A DNA stretch of 64,000 nucleotides from Verrucomicrobiia bacterium (GCA_041495285.1 JBGQCJ010000001.1:4407-68406), one strand, 5' to 3'. Numbered from the stretch's first letter, positions 8,639-19,825 are shown. Notes: generated by a model from the letters alone, not told the origin. A program made the numbers and translations.

Positions 8639-9811
8639 ATGAAAACCTCATTTCTCGACAAACTCATCGGGCGCATCGAGCGGGTTGATCCGCAAAGCTT
8701 GCAGAGCTTCGTGCTGAAGCTTTCGCGCGAGAAAGGCTTTCTCGAAACGCTGTTCAATACGATTCAGGAAGGCATTCTCGTCATCGACGCCGAAGGCCGG
8801 ATCAGTTACCTCAACGCCGCCGCCAGCGGATTGCTCGGCATTGATCCCGAACGGGGCATCGGCGAGCCGGTCTCCCGTTATCTGCGCGACCTCGACTGGC
8901 AAAAAATCTGGTCGGCGGACAAGAATGAGTGGCGCAAAGTGATGAGCCACGAGTTGGAAGTGTTCTACCCGAGCCCGCGATTGCTGAGTTTCTACATCGT
9001 GCCGCTGGTGGACGAGGAGAACTCCATCGTTACCGGCATGGCCGTCATTCTCCGCGACGTGACCGAGTCGCGGAAGGATACGGCCAGCGCCATCGAATCG
9101 GAAAAACTCTCCGCGCTTACGTTGCTGGCCGCCGGCGTCGCCCACGAGCTCGGCAATCCGCTCAACTCGTTGAACATCCATCTGCAACTCATGGAGCGCG
9201 AACTGAAAAACCTGCCGGCCGAAAAGGCCGCCCGGCTACGCGAAGATGTCCGGGTCGGCCGCGAGGAAATCGCGCGACTGGATCGCATCATCAGTCAGTT
9301 CCTGCGCGCCGTGCGACCGACCAAGCCGGATTTGCAGCGCGCGTCGCTGAACGAACTCGTCGTCGAAACGCTCGCGTTGCTGGAAAAGGAGATTGCCGAC
9401 CGGGATATTCTCGTCGAGCGAGAACTCGCCGGCAACCTGCCGCGGATTCTGGTGGACCGGGCGCAGTTGAAGCAGGCGTTCTACAACATCATCAAGAACG
9501 CGCTACAGGCAATGCGCGCCGGCGGCATCCTGCGGATTCGCACCGAAGCGACCGACGCCCACGCGGTGGTGTCATTTATTGATACCGGCCACGGAATCTC
9601 AGCGGAGCAAATCGGCCGCATCTTCGAGCCGTATTACACCACGAAGGAAGACGGCACCGGTCTCGGCTTGATGATCGTGCAGCGCATCGTGCGCGAACAC
9701 GGCGGCACCATCGAGATCGAGAGCGATGCCGGTCGCGGCACGACCTTCCGCATCAAGCTGCCCTTGCACGAAAGACGCACGCGATTGCTCGAAGCCGGCA
9801 AGAACGGATAA
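8639..9811 (+). CDS. Cytoplasmic PAS sensor histidine kinase (NtrB-like)
   Basis: AHELGNPL H-box; N, G1, F and G2 (GTGLGL) boxes; PAS region; no TM helix. Confidence 0.93.
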   Translation: MKTSFLDKLIGRIERVDPQSLQSFVLKLSREKGFLETLFNTIQEGILVIDAEGRISYLNAAASGLLGIDPERGIGEPVSRYLRDLDWQKIWSADKNEWRKVMSHELEVFYPSPRLLSFYIVPLVDEENSIVTGMAVILRDVTESRKDTASAIESEKLSALTLLAAGVAHELGNPLNSLNIHLQLMERELKNLPAEKAARLREDVRVGREEIARLDRIISQFLRAVRPTKPDLQRASLNELVVETLALLEKEIADRDILVERELAGNLPRILVDRAQLKQAFYNIIKNALQAMRAGGILRIRTEATDAHAVVSFIDTGHGISAEQIGRIFEPYYTTKEDGTGLGLMIVQRIVREHGGTIEIESDAGRGTTFRIKLPLHERRTRLLEAGKNG

Positions 9812-11172
9812 TGCAAACGAAGCGACCGACGATCTTGATCGTGGACGACGAGCGCAACACGCGCGAGGGGCTTGATCGCGCGTTGCGCGGCCGGTATGAC
9901 GTGTTGCTCGCGGAAGACGCGCCCAAGGCAATGGAGACGCTGGAGTCCACGCCGGTCGACATGCTGCTGACGGATTTGAAGATGCCGGGCGCGGACGGCA
10001 TGAGCTTGTTGCGCCGGGCACTTTCGTTGACGCATCCGCCGGTGGGCATTGTGATGACCGCCTACGGTTCGATCGAGAACGCCGTGCAAGCCATGCAAGC
10101 CGGCGCCTATCACTACGTGACCAAGCCGGTCAACCTCGACGAACTCGAACTCGTTCTGCAGCGGGCGCTGAACACGCGGCGCATCGAGGCTGAGAATATC
10201 AACCTCCACGAACAACTCGACAAGAAGTTCGGCATGGAAAACATCGCCGGCCAATCGTCGGCGATGCAGCAGGTGTTTGACACCGTCCAACAGGTTGCGC
10301 CCTCGCGGGCCACGGTGTTGATCACCGGCGAGACGGGCACCGGCAAGGAACTGATTGCGCACGCGATTCACAATCTCTCGCCGCGCAAGAACGGGCCGTT
10401 CGTGGCGGTGCACGCGGCGGCGCTGTCGAGCACGCTGTTGGAGAGCGAGTTGTTCGGTCACGAGAAAGGCGCGTTTACCGGCGCGGTGGAACGGCGCGTA
10501 GGCCGGTTCGAGTTGGCCGATGGGGGAACTCTGTTTCTCGACGAGGTCGGCGAGATTGAGCCGGCGATGCAGGTGAAGATTTTGCGGGTGCTGGAGGAGC
10601 GGGCGTTCGAGCGCGTCGGCGGTTCGAAGACGTTGCAGGTGGACGTGCGGTTGATCGCGGCGACGAACCGGGATTTGAAAAAGCTGGTCAGTGAAGGGAA
10701 ATTCCGCGATGATTTGTTTTACCGGCTCAGCGTCGTGGCGGTGAACTTGCCGCCGTTGCGCGAACGCCGGGAGGACATTCCGCTGTTGGTGCGCACGTTT
10801 TTGGACGAGTTCAGCCGCGAGAACAACAAGACGGTGCGCGAGCTGACGCCCGAGGCATTGAACGTGCTCATGGCATATGACTGGCCGGGCAACGTACGCG
10901 AGTTACGCAACGCGGTGGAGCAAATGGTCGTGTTGGCGCGCGCCGACCGGCTCACCGTGCGGGACGTGCCGGCGGCGATTCGCGGCGGGGCGGACCTGAC
11001 GAAGATTTCGGTGGTGCGCACCGGCATGACGGTGGAAGAAGCGGAGCGACAATTGATTATTCAGGCGTTGAAGGAAACGGGCGGCAACCGGACGCGGGCG
11101 GCGAAGAAGATTGGCATCAGCCGCCGCACGTTGCACCGGAAGCTCAAACAATACGGACTGGAGAATTTGTAG
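9811..11172 (+). CDS. sigma54-dependent response regulator (NtrC/AtoC family)
   Basis: Receiver domain, [22 protein letters not shown], Fis-type HTH. Confidence 0.96.
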   Translation: MQTKRPTILIVDDERNTREGLDRALRGRYDVLLAEDAPKAMETLESTPVDMLLTDLKMPGADGMSLLRRALSLTHPPVGIVMTAYGSIENAVQAMQAGAYHYVTKPVNLDELELVLQRALNTRRIEAENINLHEQLDKKFGMENIAGQSSAMQQVFDTVQQVAPSRATVLITGETGTGKELIAHAIHNLSPRKNGPFVAVHAAALSSTLLESELFGHEKGAFTGAVERRVGRFELADGGTLFLDEVGEIEPAMQVKILRVLEERAFERVGGSKTLQVDVRLIAATNRDLKKLVSEGKFRDDLFYRLSVVAVNLPPLRERREDIPLLVRTFLDEFSRENNKTVRELTPEALNVLMAYDWPGNVRELRNAVEQMVVLARADRLTVRDVPAAIRGGADLTKISVVRTGMTVEEAERQLIIQALKETGGNRTRAAKKIGISRRTLHRKLKQYGLENL

Positions 11173-11199
11173 CCGCAAGCGAAACAGGAGCGAACGACC

Positions 11200-13161
11200 A
11201 TGGCAGCTTCAGGAAAATCAGCGGAACATTCGATTCAATCCGCCGTGTGGCACATCGAGTTGGGACGCGGCAAGAAGGTTCTGCAGTGGATCGCGGTGGT
11301 GTTGCTGGCGGTGGTGTTGGCGATCTGGTACGCCGCCGGGCAGTTCAAGGGGTTGGAGAAACGCGAGGCGATGGACATGGCGCAGTTGGCCCGCAACATC
11401 GCGCGAGGCGAAGGATTCACCACTTCATTGATCCGTCCGCTGAGCATGTGGCATCTGGTGGAGAATGTTCCGGCCCAGTGGAACTTGCGTGCGAAAGAAG
11501 TTCGCGAGCGGCTGCTCATGCGGCACCCCGATCTGTCCAATCCGCCGCTGTATCCGCTGACGCTGGCGGGCTTGTTCAAACTTCTGCCGGCGTCGGTGTT
11601 TGAATATAAAGAGGGCGACCGCATCTACGCGCCGGAGCGCTGGGTGATCCTGCCCTTCAACCAGATTTGTTTGCTGCTGACCATCCTACTGGTCTTCGTG
11701 TGGGCGAAACGACTCTTCGACCGTCGCGTGGCGGTCACGGCCGGCTTTCTGTTGCTGTTCTCCGACACGCTTTGGAGCTACGGCGTTTCCGGGTTGCCGA
11801 CCAATTTCTTGATGCTGCTTTTTTTGCTGGCCATTTATTCTCTGTATTTGGCCGACTGCCGGCTCAACCCGCCCGACATTCCCGAGGCCGAACAAGCCGG
11901 CCCGGATCCGCAACCGCTGTCCACGCCGGTGATCGTGTTGGTATTGTTGAGCGCGGTGCTGATGGGGCTGTGTTTTCTGACGCGTTATCTGGCGGCGTTT
12001 CTGGTGGTGCCGATGGCGTTGTACGCGGGCCGCATCCTGCGCGGACGCGGTGCCGGAGTTTGGATGGCGATCTACCTTGCGGTGTTCCTGGTGGTGATCA
12101 GCCCGTGGCTGGTGCGCAACTACCGGGTTTCGGGCAGCGTTCTGGGGCTTGCCAAATACGGGTTGGTCGAGCAGAGCGGTTCATTTAGTGGCGACACGCT
12201 GGAGCGTTCGTATCACCCGGACCTGACCGGCGCGTCTTCGTTCCGGGGTGTTGGCACGAGCCTTTTGACCGGCGCGCGCGCGAACCTGATTGGGTCGTTG
12301 CGGCAGGTCGGCTCCGATTTCCTGATCTTTTTCTTCGCGGTGGGGATTCTGTACGGATTTCGCCGGCGCGATGCCACGAGGCTGCGCGGCGCGATCCTCG
12401 GCGCGCTGGCGGCCGGTATCTTGGGGATGGCGTTGCTCGGTGCGGACCGCGACATTTGGTACACCGAAGTGAGCGGAAGCAACTTGCTGGTGCTGGTGCT
12501 GCCGCTGGTGGCGATTTACGGCGTGGCGTTCTTCTACCTGTTGCTCGACCGCATCGCGTTTCGAATCCGGTTGACGCGCGCGCTGGCGGTCGGCGCGTTT
12601 GCGCTGTTGAATGTTTCACCCATCATTTTTACGCTGCTGCCGCCGCGCCGCGGTGCGTTTCCCTATCCACCGTATTACTCTACTATGACGCACATGGTCG
12701 CGGACATGTTCGGGAAAAATGAACTGGCGACCAGCGATTTGCCGTGGGCGATGGCGTGGGACGGCGACCGCCGCACGGTCTGGCTGCCGTTGACGGTCGA
12801 GGATTTTTATGAAATCAACGATTTCGTGGCGCCGCGAGGTTTTTCGTTCCTCATGTTGACGCCGCAAATGATGGATCGCCCCCTGCAAAGCGTGATCCTC
12901 AACGGCGAATTCAAGAACTGGATCGCCGTCATGCGCGGCGCCCTGCCGAAGAACTTTCCGCTCAAGGAAGCCATCCCGCTACCGCCGCAGAACGGACAAT
13001 TTCTGTTTGCCGACCGGGTGCGCTGGCAGAAGTGGTTGACAAAAGAAGGGCTGGCACAATTGGAAAAGCAGGAAGCGGAAAAAGCGGCCGCGAAACCGGC
13101 CGCCCCGCCGCCAGTACCAGCGACTTCCACCGAGAAGGGCGAGGCCAAGCCGGATAAATAG
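11200..13161 (+). CDS. GT-C (ArnT/PMT-like) membrane glycosyltransferase
   Basis: EAMDMAQLARNIARGEGF, NPPLYPL, PWLVRNY motifs; many TM helices. Confidence 0.8.
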   Translation: MAASGKSAEHSIQSAVWHIELGRGKKVLQWIAVVLLAVVLAIWYAAGQFKGLEKREAMDMAQLARNIARGEGFTTSLIRPLSMWHLVENVPAQWNLRAKEVRERLLMRHPDLSNPPLYPLTLAGLFKLLPASVFEYKEGDRIYAPERWVILPFNQICLLLTILLVFVWAKRLFDRRVAVTAGFLLLFSDTLWSYGVSGLPTNFLMLLFLLAIYSLYLADCRLNPPDIPEAEQAGPDPQPLSTPVIVLVLLSAVLMGLCFLTRYLAAFLVVPMALYAGRILRGRGAGVWMAIYLAVFLVVISPWLVRNYRVSGSVLGLAKYGLVEQSGSFSGDTLERSYHPDLTGASSFRGVGTSLLTGARANLIGSLRQVGSDFLIFFFAVGILYGFRRRDATRLRGAILGALAAGILGMALLGADRDIWYTEVSGSNLLVLVLPLVAIYGVAFFYLLLDRIAFRIRLTRALAVGAFALLNVSPIIFTLLPPRRGAFPYPPYYSTMTHMVADMFGKNELATSDLPWAMAWDGDRRTVWLPLTVEDFYEINDFVAPRGFSFLMLTPQMMDRPLQSVILNGEFKNWIAVMRGALPKNFPLKEAIPLPPQNGQFLFADRVRWQKWLTKEGLAQLEKQEAEKAAAKPAAPPPVPATSTEKGEAKPDK

Positions 13162-13193
13162 CCGGACTGGCCACGTTGCCGGTGCGGAGCACA

Positions 13194-14000
13194 ATGAAAT
13201 CTTCAGCCGCATTTGCCTTGGGACTTTGGACGGGCGCCGTCGTGGTGGCCGCCTTGTGGGTTCATCGTTCCGGTGATGTGGAGCGCTTGCCTGCGCCGGT
13301 CGCGCCCGAGATGACCATCCAACTGTCCCAGCAAGCTGACAAGATTCGCGAACTGGAGCTGGAAAACGCGCGGCTAACTACCGAGGCCGAGCGCTTGAAG
13401 CAAACCGCTGCCGAACTGACCAGCAATTTCGTCGCCCGCGCCTCGGTCCGCCGCATCCCGTTTCAGCGCCCCTCCGCCGCAGCCGATGCCGCTGTTGAGG
13501 ACTGGATTGAGCAAGCGGTGGCCACCGGCGACAAAGACGCGTTGCCCCGGTTGGAGGAAGCCGCGCTGCAGAACGACGAACACGCGCTGGAAGCGCTCGC
13601 GCGCCTGTCCGACCGGGACGCCGGTGCCGCGCTGACACGAGCGTGGAACTCCGGCCAGCTTTCGTTCATCAACAAAGTCAGGGCCGCGCGTTATCTGGGC
13701 GAAACGCTGGAGGTCACGACTCAGGCGGAAACGTTGCTGCGCGCGCTGTTTGACGACCCGGTCGCCGACGTGCGGTTGTTGTTCGCGGCGGTGGACGGGA
13801 TTGCGAACCCAAGGTCGCCGTCCGGGCCGGTCCTGCCGGTGCCGGGCGCGTCGCGTGTCGAGGCGGATTACGCGCAGCGCGTGAAGCTGCTGGACGCCGC
13901 GCGCGCGACGACGGCGGATGACCGGTTGCGTGCGCACGAGGAGCAGGCGCGCGACGAGTTGATGGGCCGGTGGGCGGAGGCCGAGCCGGCGGCGCAATAG
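13194..14000 (+). CDS. Hypothetical membrane-anchored coiled-coil/helical protein
   Basis: N-terminal TM, coiled coil, co-oriented in the operon. Confidence 0.7.
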   Translation: MKSSAAFALGLWTGAVVVAALWVHRSGDVERLPAPVAPEMTIQLSQQADKIRELELENARLTTEAERLKQTAAELTSNFVARASVRRIPFQRPSAAADAAVEDWIEQAVATGDKDALPRLEEAALQNDEHALEALARLSDRDAGAALTRAWNSGQLSFINKVRAARYLGETLEVTTQAETLLRALFDDPVADVRLLFAAVDGIANPRSPSGPVLPVPGASRVEADYAQRVKLLDAARATTADDRLRAHEEQARDELMGRWAEAEPAAQ

Positions 14001-14068
14001 AGTTGCACCGGCGCGCGGGGCTGTGTCACCATCTGCCGCGACGACAGGGAGGTGCGGTGGATCAATCA

Positions 14069-14815
14069 ATGGCCATTCTTTCGCGCGTGTTGCTGGCGTG
14101 GGTGTTGGCGGTGGCCGGCGGCGGGTTGAGCGCGCTGTTCGGATTTTCCCATCAACGGTTGTGCGCATTGATCAGTTTGGCGGCCGGTACGCTGCTGGGC
14201 GTCACGTTGTTTTCGATCCTGCCGGAGGGTTGGGATTTGATGAAATGGTGGGAACTGGTGTTGGCGTTGGGTTCCGGCTACGCGGTGTTCTATTTCATCA
14301 GCAAATACGTTTATCATGTCTGCCCGGCGTGTGCGGCGAGCCATTTCGACGAAACGACGACGCACCGGTTCAGCGAGATCGCGTCGGCGTTAATCATCGC
14401 GCTGGCCGTGCATAGCACGATGGACGGGGTGGCGTTGGCGGCGGGGCATGAGGCGAGCGGACGGATGGATTTGTCGATGATGCTGGCGGTCTGCGTGCAC
14501 AAGTTGCCGGAAGGACTGGCGCTCGGAGCGTTGTTGATGGGTGCCGGCTTCAAGCGTGAAACCACACTGGCGTGGGTCGCGGCGGTGGAGGCGACGACGG
14601 TGCTGGGCGGTGCGATCGGGTTGTTGTTTCTGCGTCACGTGCCGCGGTTCTGGCTCGACGCGGTGCTGGCACACGCGGGCGGCGGGTTTGTGTTTCTGGC
14701 GGCGCACGCGGTGTTGGGGGAAATGGTCAAGCATGGACGAACGGTCGTGTTTGCGAATTTCGCGGCCGGTCTGCTAATCATCGGGGCGGTGAATCTGGCG
14801 GTGCGGATGTTGTGA
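14069..14815 (+). CDS. ZIP-family metal transporter
   Basis: HSTMDG and HKLPEG metal motifs, HVCPACAASH loop; start may be GTG 14057. Confidence 0.9.
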   Translation: MAILSRVLLAWVLAVAGGGLSALFGFSHQRLCALISLAAGTLLGVTLFSILPEGWDLMKWWELVLALGSGYAVFYFISKYVYHVCPACAASHFDETTTHRFSEIASALIIALAVHSTMDGVALAAGHEASGRMDLSMMLAVCVHKLPEGLALGALLMGAGFKRETTLAWVAAVEATTVLGGAIGLLFLRHVPRFWLDAVLAHAGGGFVFLAAHAVLGEMVKHGRTVVFANFAAGLLIIGAVNLAVRML

Positions 14816-15327
14816 GAGCGCGGGTGAGAACTTTGGTCGGAGCGACGGCGATCGCGGTGATCGGCGCGAGCGTCGGGCTGCTGGCGTGGTGGCGCATCCA
14901 GGAATCGCGGCACCTCTCGCAGCCGAATTCGGTGGAGACGTACGGCGGAACAAACTATGTGTTTCAGGTGTTGGAAACCACCGTCGGCAAGCTGGATACC
15001 GGCTACGTCGTCATCGTGTATGCCCGGATCAGCAACACGAATTCGTACGAAGTGGTGTTGAATCGCAACTGGTTCGTGCTCGCCGACCAGGACAAGGACT
15101 ATTTTCAGCCCTCGACGACCGGCACGCAAACGGGATTGATCAGATTGCCGCCCAACGGTGTCGTAGAAAAGGAACCGCTGAGTTTCGCGGTGCCCGACGA
15201 TTCGTTCGCGGGCACGATCGGGCTGCAGATTGGCCGGAACTACTGGATCATGATCAAGGACGAGAAACCGTTCACGCGGAGATTGCAGAGCGGAGAATTT
15301 GTCACGTTTCGCAGCCGGAATTGGTAA
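14812..15327 (+). CDS. Hypothetical membrane-anchored Ig-like (DUF4352-like) protein
   Basis: GTGA overlap with the ZIP stop; N-terminal TM; beta-rich domain. Confidence 0.65.
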   Translation: MRARVRTLVGATAIAVIGASVGLLAWWRIQESRHLSQPNSVETYGGTNYVFQVLETTVGKLDTGYVVIVYARISNTNSYEVVLNRNWFVLADQDKDYFQPSTTGTQTGLIRLPPNGVVEKEPLSFAVPDDSFAGTIGLQIGRNYWIMIKDEKPFTRRLQSGEFVTFRSRNW

Positions 15328-15359
15328 CCCGGTCGCACAACGGCATACATATATATTAT

Positions 15360-15962
15360 ATGTGGAAACGCATCAAGTTTTACACCGTGACAGCGGTCAT
15401 CGTTGCATTGGCGGCGCTGGCGGCGTACTACCGGCTTTTTCCGCAACGCGAGGGCGTCATCAATCGCGTTGTGGACGCGCCTGCACTGGTGAAGGAGATT
15501 CAGCGGCTCAACGAACTGGTGACCGTGAAGTACAACATCCAGAAGGTCATCGGGCTGAAGGAGGAGAAGGTGCCGTTCGGATCGGAGTCGGTGCTGTTGA
15601 TGGTGCAAGCGACGGTGCTCGGCGGCGTTGATCTCTCAACCGTCAACGCGCAATGCGTCGCCCTCGCCGCCAGCAACAGCGTGACAATCAGCCTGCCGCC
15701 GCCGAAAATCATGCACGTGTTCATTGACGACAAACAGACCAAAGTCTGGGACCGGTCGAAAACTTGGTGGACTCCGTGGGTGGATTTCAACCCCGAATTG
15801 GAGCAGAAGGCCCGGTTGGCCGCGCTGGAGGCCGTGCAAGCCGCCGCTCTCGACATGGGAATCCTAAGCGACGCGCAACGAAATACCGAAACAACCATCC
15901 GCGAATTCCTACGACCGCTGGGATTCGAATCGGTCAACTTCTCGCTCATGGAATCAAAATGA
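15360..15962 (+). CDS. DUF4230-family protein
   Basis: TM anchor, ELVTVKY, GGVDLS, ISLPPPKI, GILSDAQRN pattern. Confidence 0.8.
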   Translation: MWKRIKFYTVTAVIVALAALAAYYRLFPQREGVINRVVDAPALVKEIQRLNELVTVKYNIQKVIGLKEEKVPFGSESVLLMVQATVLGGVDLSTVNAQCVALAASNSVTISLPPPKIMHVFIDDKQTKVWDRSKTWWTPWVDFNPELEQKARLAALEAVQAAALDMGILSDAQRNTETTIREFLRPLGFESVNFSLMESK

Positions 15963-17446
15963 AAGTTTCGCTCGTAGCACTCTCTTTGGCAGTGGCGTTC
16001 AGTGCTCGCGCTGACGACACAAACACCACAGTCAAATCGCTGACCATCCAGGAATGCATCGAGCGCGCGCTGGCCAACAACCTCGACATCAAACTGGAGC
16101 GCATCAATCCCAGCATCGAATCGTGGGGCGTCGTCCGGCAGCAGGCCGCCTACGACCCGATCCTGTCCGGCCAGGTGAATTATGAGGACTCCACGCAGCC
16201 GTTGAACCCGCAAAACGCCACCGCGCTGGGCATCACGTCGCTCAAATCAAAACAGTTGGTCTCGGATGCCGGTCTCAGTGGCAAGCTTCCCCCCGGCACG
16301 CAATACGGTCTGACCTACTCCGACGCGCGCTTCTCGGGCACGATCGCCTCCAATTTCGTGTACACCGGCACCGCCGCCCTCTCGCTCTCACAACCGATCC
16401 TGAGGAACTTCGGGTTCGGCGCAAACTCCGCCCTCATCCGCGTCGCCCGCAAGAGCCGCGACATCGCCGTGCAAAATTTCACGCTTCAGGTGATGACCAC
16501 TATTCGAGACGTCAGTACTGCATACTACGAATTGGTCTTCGCGATCGAAGATCACAAAGCCAAGCTCGAAGACCTCACTCTTGCCCAACAACTGCTGGAC
16601 GAAACGCGCCGGCGCGTCCAAGTCGGCGTCTCCTCGCCGCTGGACGTCACGCAAGCCGAAGCCGGCGTGGCCGCGCGCGAACAGGCGTTGATTCTTGCCG
16701 AGCGCTTGATCAAGGACAACGAAAACAAGCTCAAGCGCCTGATCTCCCAAAACGTCGGCGAATTTCAGGGCCAGTCGTTCGTGCCGGCTGATTATCCGGT
16801 GGTTGAAATGGTGGAAACCGACACGACCCAAAGCATCCGCACGGCGCTTCAAGTGCGGCCTGATTACGTCGCCGCCAAACAGTTCGTCGAACAACAAAAC
16901 ATCTTAGTCAAATATAACCGCAACCAACTCTGGCCGGAGGTTGATCTGCAGGGAAGTTACGGTTACAACGCTCGCGGCGACAACGGGTTCAGTAGCTACA
17001 ACGACAATCTCGCCCGCGGCGACAACCCGGTCTGGACCGTGGGGGTTACCGCCAGTTTCCCACTCGGCAACCGGCAGGCCCGTGCCAACTACCGGGTTGC
17101 TCGCCTCAACGCCGAAACCGCATTGCTCAATCTCAAGAAACTCGAGCAGCAGATCATCGTTGACGTGGACAACGCGGTCGGCCACGTGCAGACCAATTTG
17201 AAGAGCGTCGAAGCCGCGCGCGCCTCGAACCGGCTGGCGAGGGAATCATTGGACGCAGAGAAGAAGAAGCTCATCGCCGGTGCGTCCACGACATTTCTCG
17301 TCTTGCAGGCCCAGTCGCAACTGGCGACGGCGCAATCGGCGGAAATCCGCGCGCGCGCTGACTATAGCGAGTCGCTCGTCACTCTGTGGCATACCGATGG
17401 CACGACCCTGCAGAAGCACAACATCGTGCTCGACGAGAATTTTTAG
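15959..17446 (+). CDS. TolC-family outer membrane protein
   Basis: Signal peptide, ALANNLDI, LSQPILRNFG, two OEP-like repeats. Confidence 0.9.
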   Translation: MKVSLVALSLAVAFSARADDTNTTVKSLTIQECIERALANNLDIKLERINPSIESWGVVRQQAAYDPILSGQVNYEDSTQPLNPQNATALGITSLKSKQLVSDAGLSGKLPPGTQYGLTYSDARFSGTIASNFVYTGTAALSLSQPILRNFGFGANSALIRVARKSRDIAVQNFTLQVMTTIRDVSTAYYELVFAIEDHKAKLEDLTLAQQLLDETRRRVQVGVSSPLDVTQAEAGVAAREQALILAERLIKDNENKLKRLISQNVGEFQGQSFVPADYPVVEMVETDTTQSIRTALQVRPDYVAAKQFVEQQNILVKYNRNQLWPEVDLQGSYGYNARGDNGFSSYNDNLARGDNPVWTVGVTASFPLGNRQARANYRVARLNAETALLNLKKLEQQIIVDVDNAVGHVQTNLKSVEAARASNRLARESLDAEKKKLIAGASTTFLVLQAQSQLATAQSAEIRARADYSESLVTLWHTDGTTLQKHNIVLDENF

Positions 17447-17455
17447 GGGAACTGC

Positions 17456-18208
17456 GTGCACCCAATCCTGTTCCGCCTCGGTCCGCTCGACATTCACACC
17501 TACGGCGTGCTCGTGGCGATCGGATTCATCGTCGGCCTGTGGGTCGCGTCCCGGCGCGCGCCGCAAGAAGGGATCAACTCCGAGCGGGTGACCGATCTGG
17601 GAATCTGGCTCATCGTAGCCGGCATGGCGGGGGGCAAGTTGTTCTACATTCTGTATTTTTGGGACGATTTCATAACCGGCTGGCATCAGGAAGGTCTCCG
17701 GTCGCTGCGCGAAGGCTTTGTGTTCTACGGCGGCTTCATCGCAGCCTGCGTCGCCACGTTCGTGTACACTCGACTCAAGCGGCTCCCGTTCTGGAAAATT
17801 GCGGACGTCTGCGGCCCGTCGGTGGCCCTCGGTCATGCATTCGGCCGGCTGGGCTGCTTCTTCAACGGTTGTTGCTACGGCAAAGCGTGCTCCCTGCCGT
17901 GGGCCGTCCGCTTCCCGCCCGGTCACATCACTCACAACTGGACGGTTCATCCCACGGAACTGTACGAGGCCACCGGCAACCTTGCGATTTTTGCCTCGCT
18001 CACCATGTTTTACCGGCGCAAGCGTTTTGACGGCCAGGTCTGGTGGCTCTACGTCCTGAGCTACGGCGTCCTGCGCTTCGTCATTGAATTCTTCCGCGGC
18101 GACTATGAGACCTATTACTTCGGCATCTTTACGATAGGCCACGTCATTGCCGCCGTGATGATCGTCGTCGCGTTCGTCGGCCTGAAACTATGCAGACGCA
18201 CCGCGTAG
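17456..18208 (+). CDS. lgt: Prolipoprotein diacylglyceryl transferase
   Basis: VFYGGF, GRLGCFFNGCCYG, HPTELYE, RFVIEFFRGD. Confidence 0.92.
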   Translation: MHPILFRLGPLDIHTYGVLVAIGFIVGLWVASRRAPQEGINSERVTDLGIWLIVAGMAGGKLFYILYFWDDFITGWHQEGLRSLREGFVFYGGFIAACVATFVYTRLKRLPFWKIADVCGPSVALGHAFGRLGCFFNGCCYGKACSLPWAVRFPPGHITHNWTVHPTELYEATGNLAIFASLTMFYRRKRFDGQVWWLYVLSYGVLRFVIEFFRGDYETYYFGIFTIGHVIAAVMIVVAFVGLKLCRRTA

Positions 18209-19113
18209 CCGAAACGCACGCCGGCCAGCGACTCGACCGGTTCTTGCAGGCACAACAGCCGGAGCATTCACGCGCGTTTCTGCAGAAGTTGATCGAGGAC
18301 GGCCACGTCACCGTCAACGATCATGCGAGCAAGGCGAGCTACAAAGTGCGCGCAGGCGACCGGGTCGGAATTGAAATCCCACCGCCCCGGCCGCTCGAAG
18401 CGAAGCCGGAAGCCATTGCGCTTGATGTTTTGTACGAGGATGACGATCTCATCGTCGTCAACAAACCTGCCGGCCTCGTCGTTCATCCCGCCGCCGGTAA
18501 CTACGAACACACGCTGGTCAACGCGCTGCTCCATCATTGTCGCGGCAAACTCGCCGGCATCGGCGGCGTCGAGCGTCCCGGCATTGTGCACCGTCTCGAC
18601 AAAGGCACGAGCGGCTGCATTGTGATTGCGAAAACAGATTTCGCTCACCGGTCACTCGGCGCACAGTTCAAATCGCGCGCCGTGAAAAAAATCTATCGCG
18701 CAGTATGTTGGGGGAAGTTCGATCGGCCGAGTGGCCGGATCGAGACAACGATTGGGCGCAGCACGCACGACCGGAAGAAAATGTCCGCGCGCGCGCCTCG
18801 TGGCCGGGCGGCGGTGACGGAATACCGGGTGTTGAAGCAGCGCGACGACTTCGCACTGGTGGAGTTGACGATTCATACCGGGCGCACGCACCAGATTCGC
18901 GTGCACATGGCGCACATCGGTCATCCGGTTGTCGGCGACGCGACGTACGGCAAGCCGAGTCCGCGAGACCTGCGAAGCAAATCCAAGATTGCAGTTGAGC
19001 GTCCGTTGTTGCACGCGTATAAACTTGGCTTCACGCACCCGCGCACGCGGAAATTCGTGGAGTTCACCACGCCCGTGCCGGAGGACATGCAACTCCATGA
19101 GAGAGATCATTGA
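18190..19113 (+). CDS. rluD: RluA/RluD-family pseudouridine synthase
   Basis: S4 domain, NKPAGLVVHP, HRLDKGTSG, TGRTHQIRVH. Confidence 0.93.
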   Translation: MQTHRVAETHAGQRLDRFLQAQQPEHSRAFLQKLIEDGHVTVNDHASKASYKVRAGDRVGIEIPPPRPLEAKPEAIALDVLYEDDDLIVVNKPAGLVVHPAAGNYEHTLVNALLHHCRGKLAGIGGVERPGIVHRLDKGTSGCIVIAKTDFAHRSLGAQFKSRAVKKIYRAVCWGKFDRPSGRIETTIGRSTHDRKKMSARAPRGRAAVTEYRVLKQRDDFALVELTIHTGRTHQIRVHMAHIGHPVVGDATYGKPSPRDLRSKSKIAVERPLLHAYKLGFTHPRTRKFVEFTTPVPEDMQLHERDH

Positions 19114-19825
19114 CGAGGCGATCAAGGCGCTGGAGGAAATGAAACGCTCCGGCGTCACTCACGTCGAAGTTTCGCAGGCGACGTTGGAAGCGTTGGTAGG
19201 AGCGGCGTCACCGCCGCGACCGGTCGCCCATCGCGGCGGGGACGCCGCTCCTACCGGGGAATCGGGACTAGCGGCCATCGAAGCGCGCGCGAAAGCCTGC
19301 GTGAAGTGCCAGGAACTCTTCCGTTGCCGGCACAATGTGGTTTTTGGCGTCGGTAACGTGCACGCCGAGCTGATGTTCATCGGCGAAGCACCGGGCCACA
19401 ACGAAGACCTGCAGGGCGAACCGTTCGTCGGTCGCGCAGGCGAGCTGCTCACCAAGATCATCCAAGCGATGGGATTTCAGCGCAGCGAAGTCTACATCAC
19501 CAACGTCATCAAATGCCGGCCACCCGAAAATCGCACGCCGTTACCGGATGAGATCGAGAATTGTCTGCCGTATCTGCTGTCGCAGATCGAATTGATTCAG
19601 CCGAAGGTCATCGTCGCGCTCGGCGCGGTGGCGTTGCGCGGACTGCTCGACGTGCAACTCGGCATCACCAAGATGCGCGGCCACTGGTACACCTTCCGCG
19701 ACATTCCCATCATGCCCACGTTCCATCCCGCTTACCTACTGAGAAATCCCGCCGCCAAGAAAGAAGTCTGGCAAGATATGCGCGAAGTCGTAAAGAAACT
19801 TGGCCGCGAGCTTCCCCCGCACTAG
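19097..19825 (+). CDS. Uracil-DNA glycosylase family 4 (Fe-S)
   Basis: Cxx[32 protein letters not shown]; start ATG 19097. Confidence 0.93.
   Translation: MREIIDEAIKALEEMKRSGVTHVEVSQATLEALVGAASPPRPVAHRGGDAAPTGESGLAAIEARAKACVKCQELFRCRHNVVFGVGNVHAELMFIGEAPGHNEDLQGEPFVGRAGELLTKIIQAMGFQRSEVYITNVIKCRPPENRTPLPDEIENCLPYLLSQIELIQPKVIVALGAVALRGLLDVQLGITKMRGHWYTFRDIPIMPTFHPAYLLRNPAAKKEVWQDMREVVKKLGRELPPH
19195..19255. repeat. GTAG-type REP doublet (family B), in-frame inside the UDG gene
   Basis: GGTAGGAGCGGCGTCaCCGCCGCGA...TCGCGGCGGgGACGCCGCTCCTACC inverted repeat. Confidence 0.88.
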
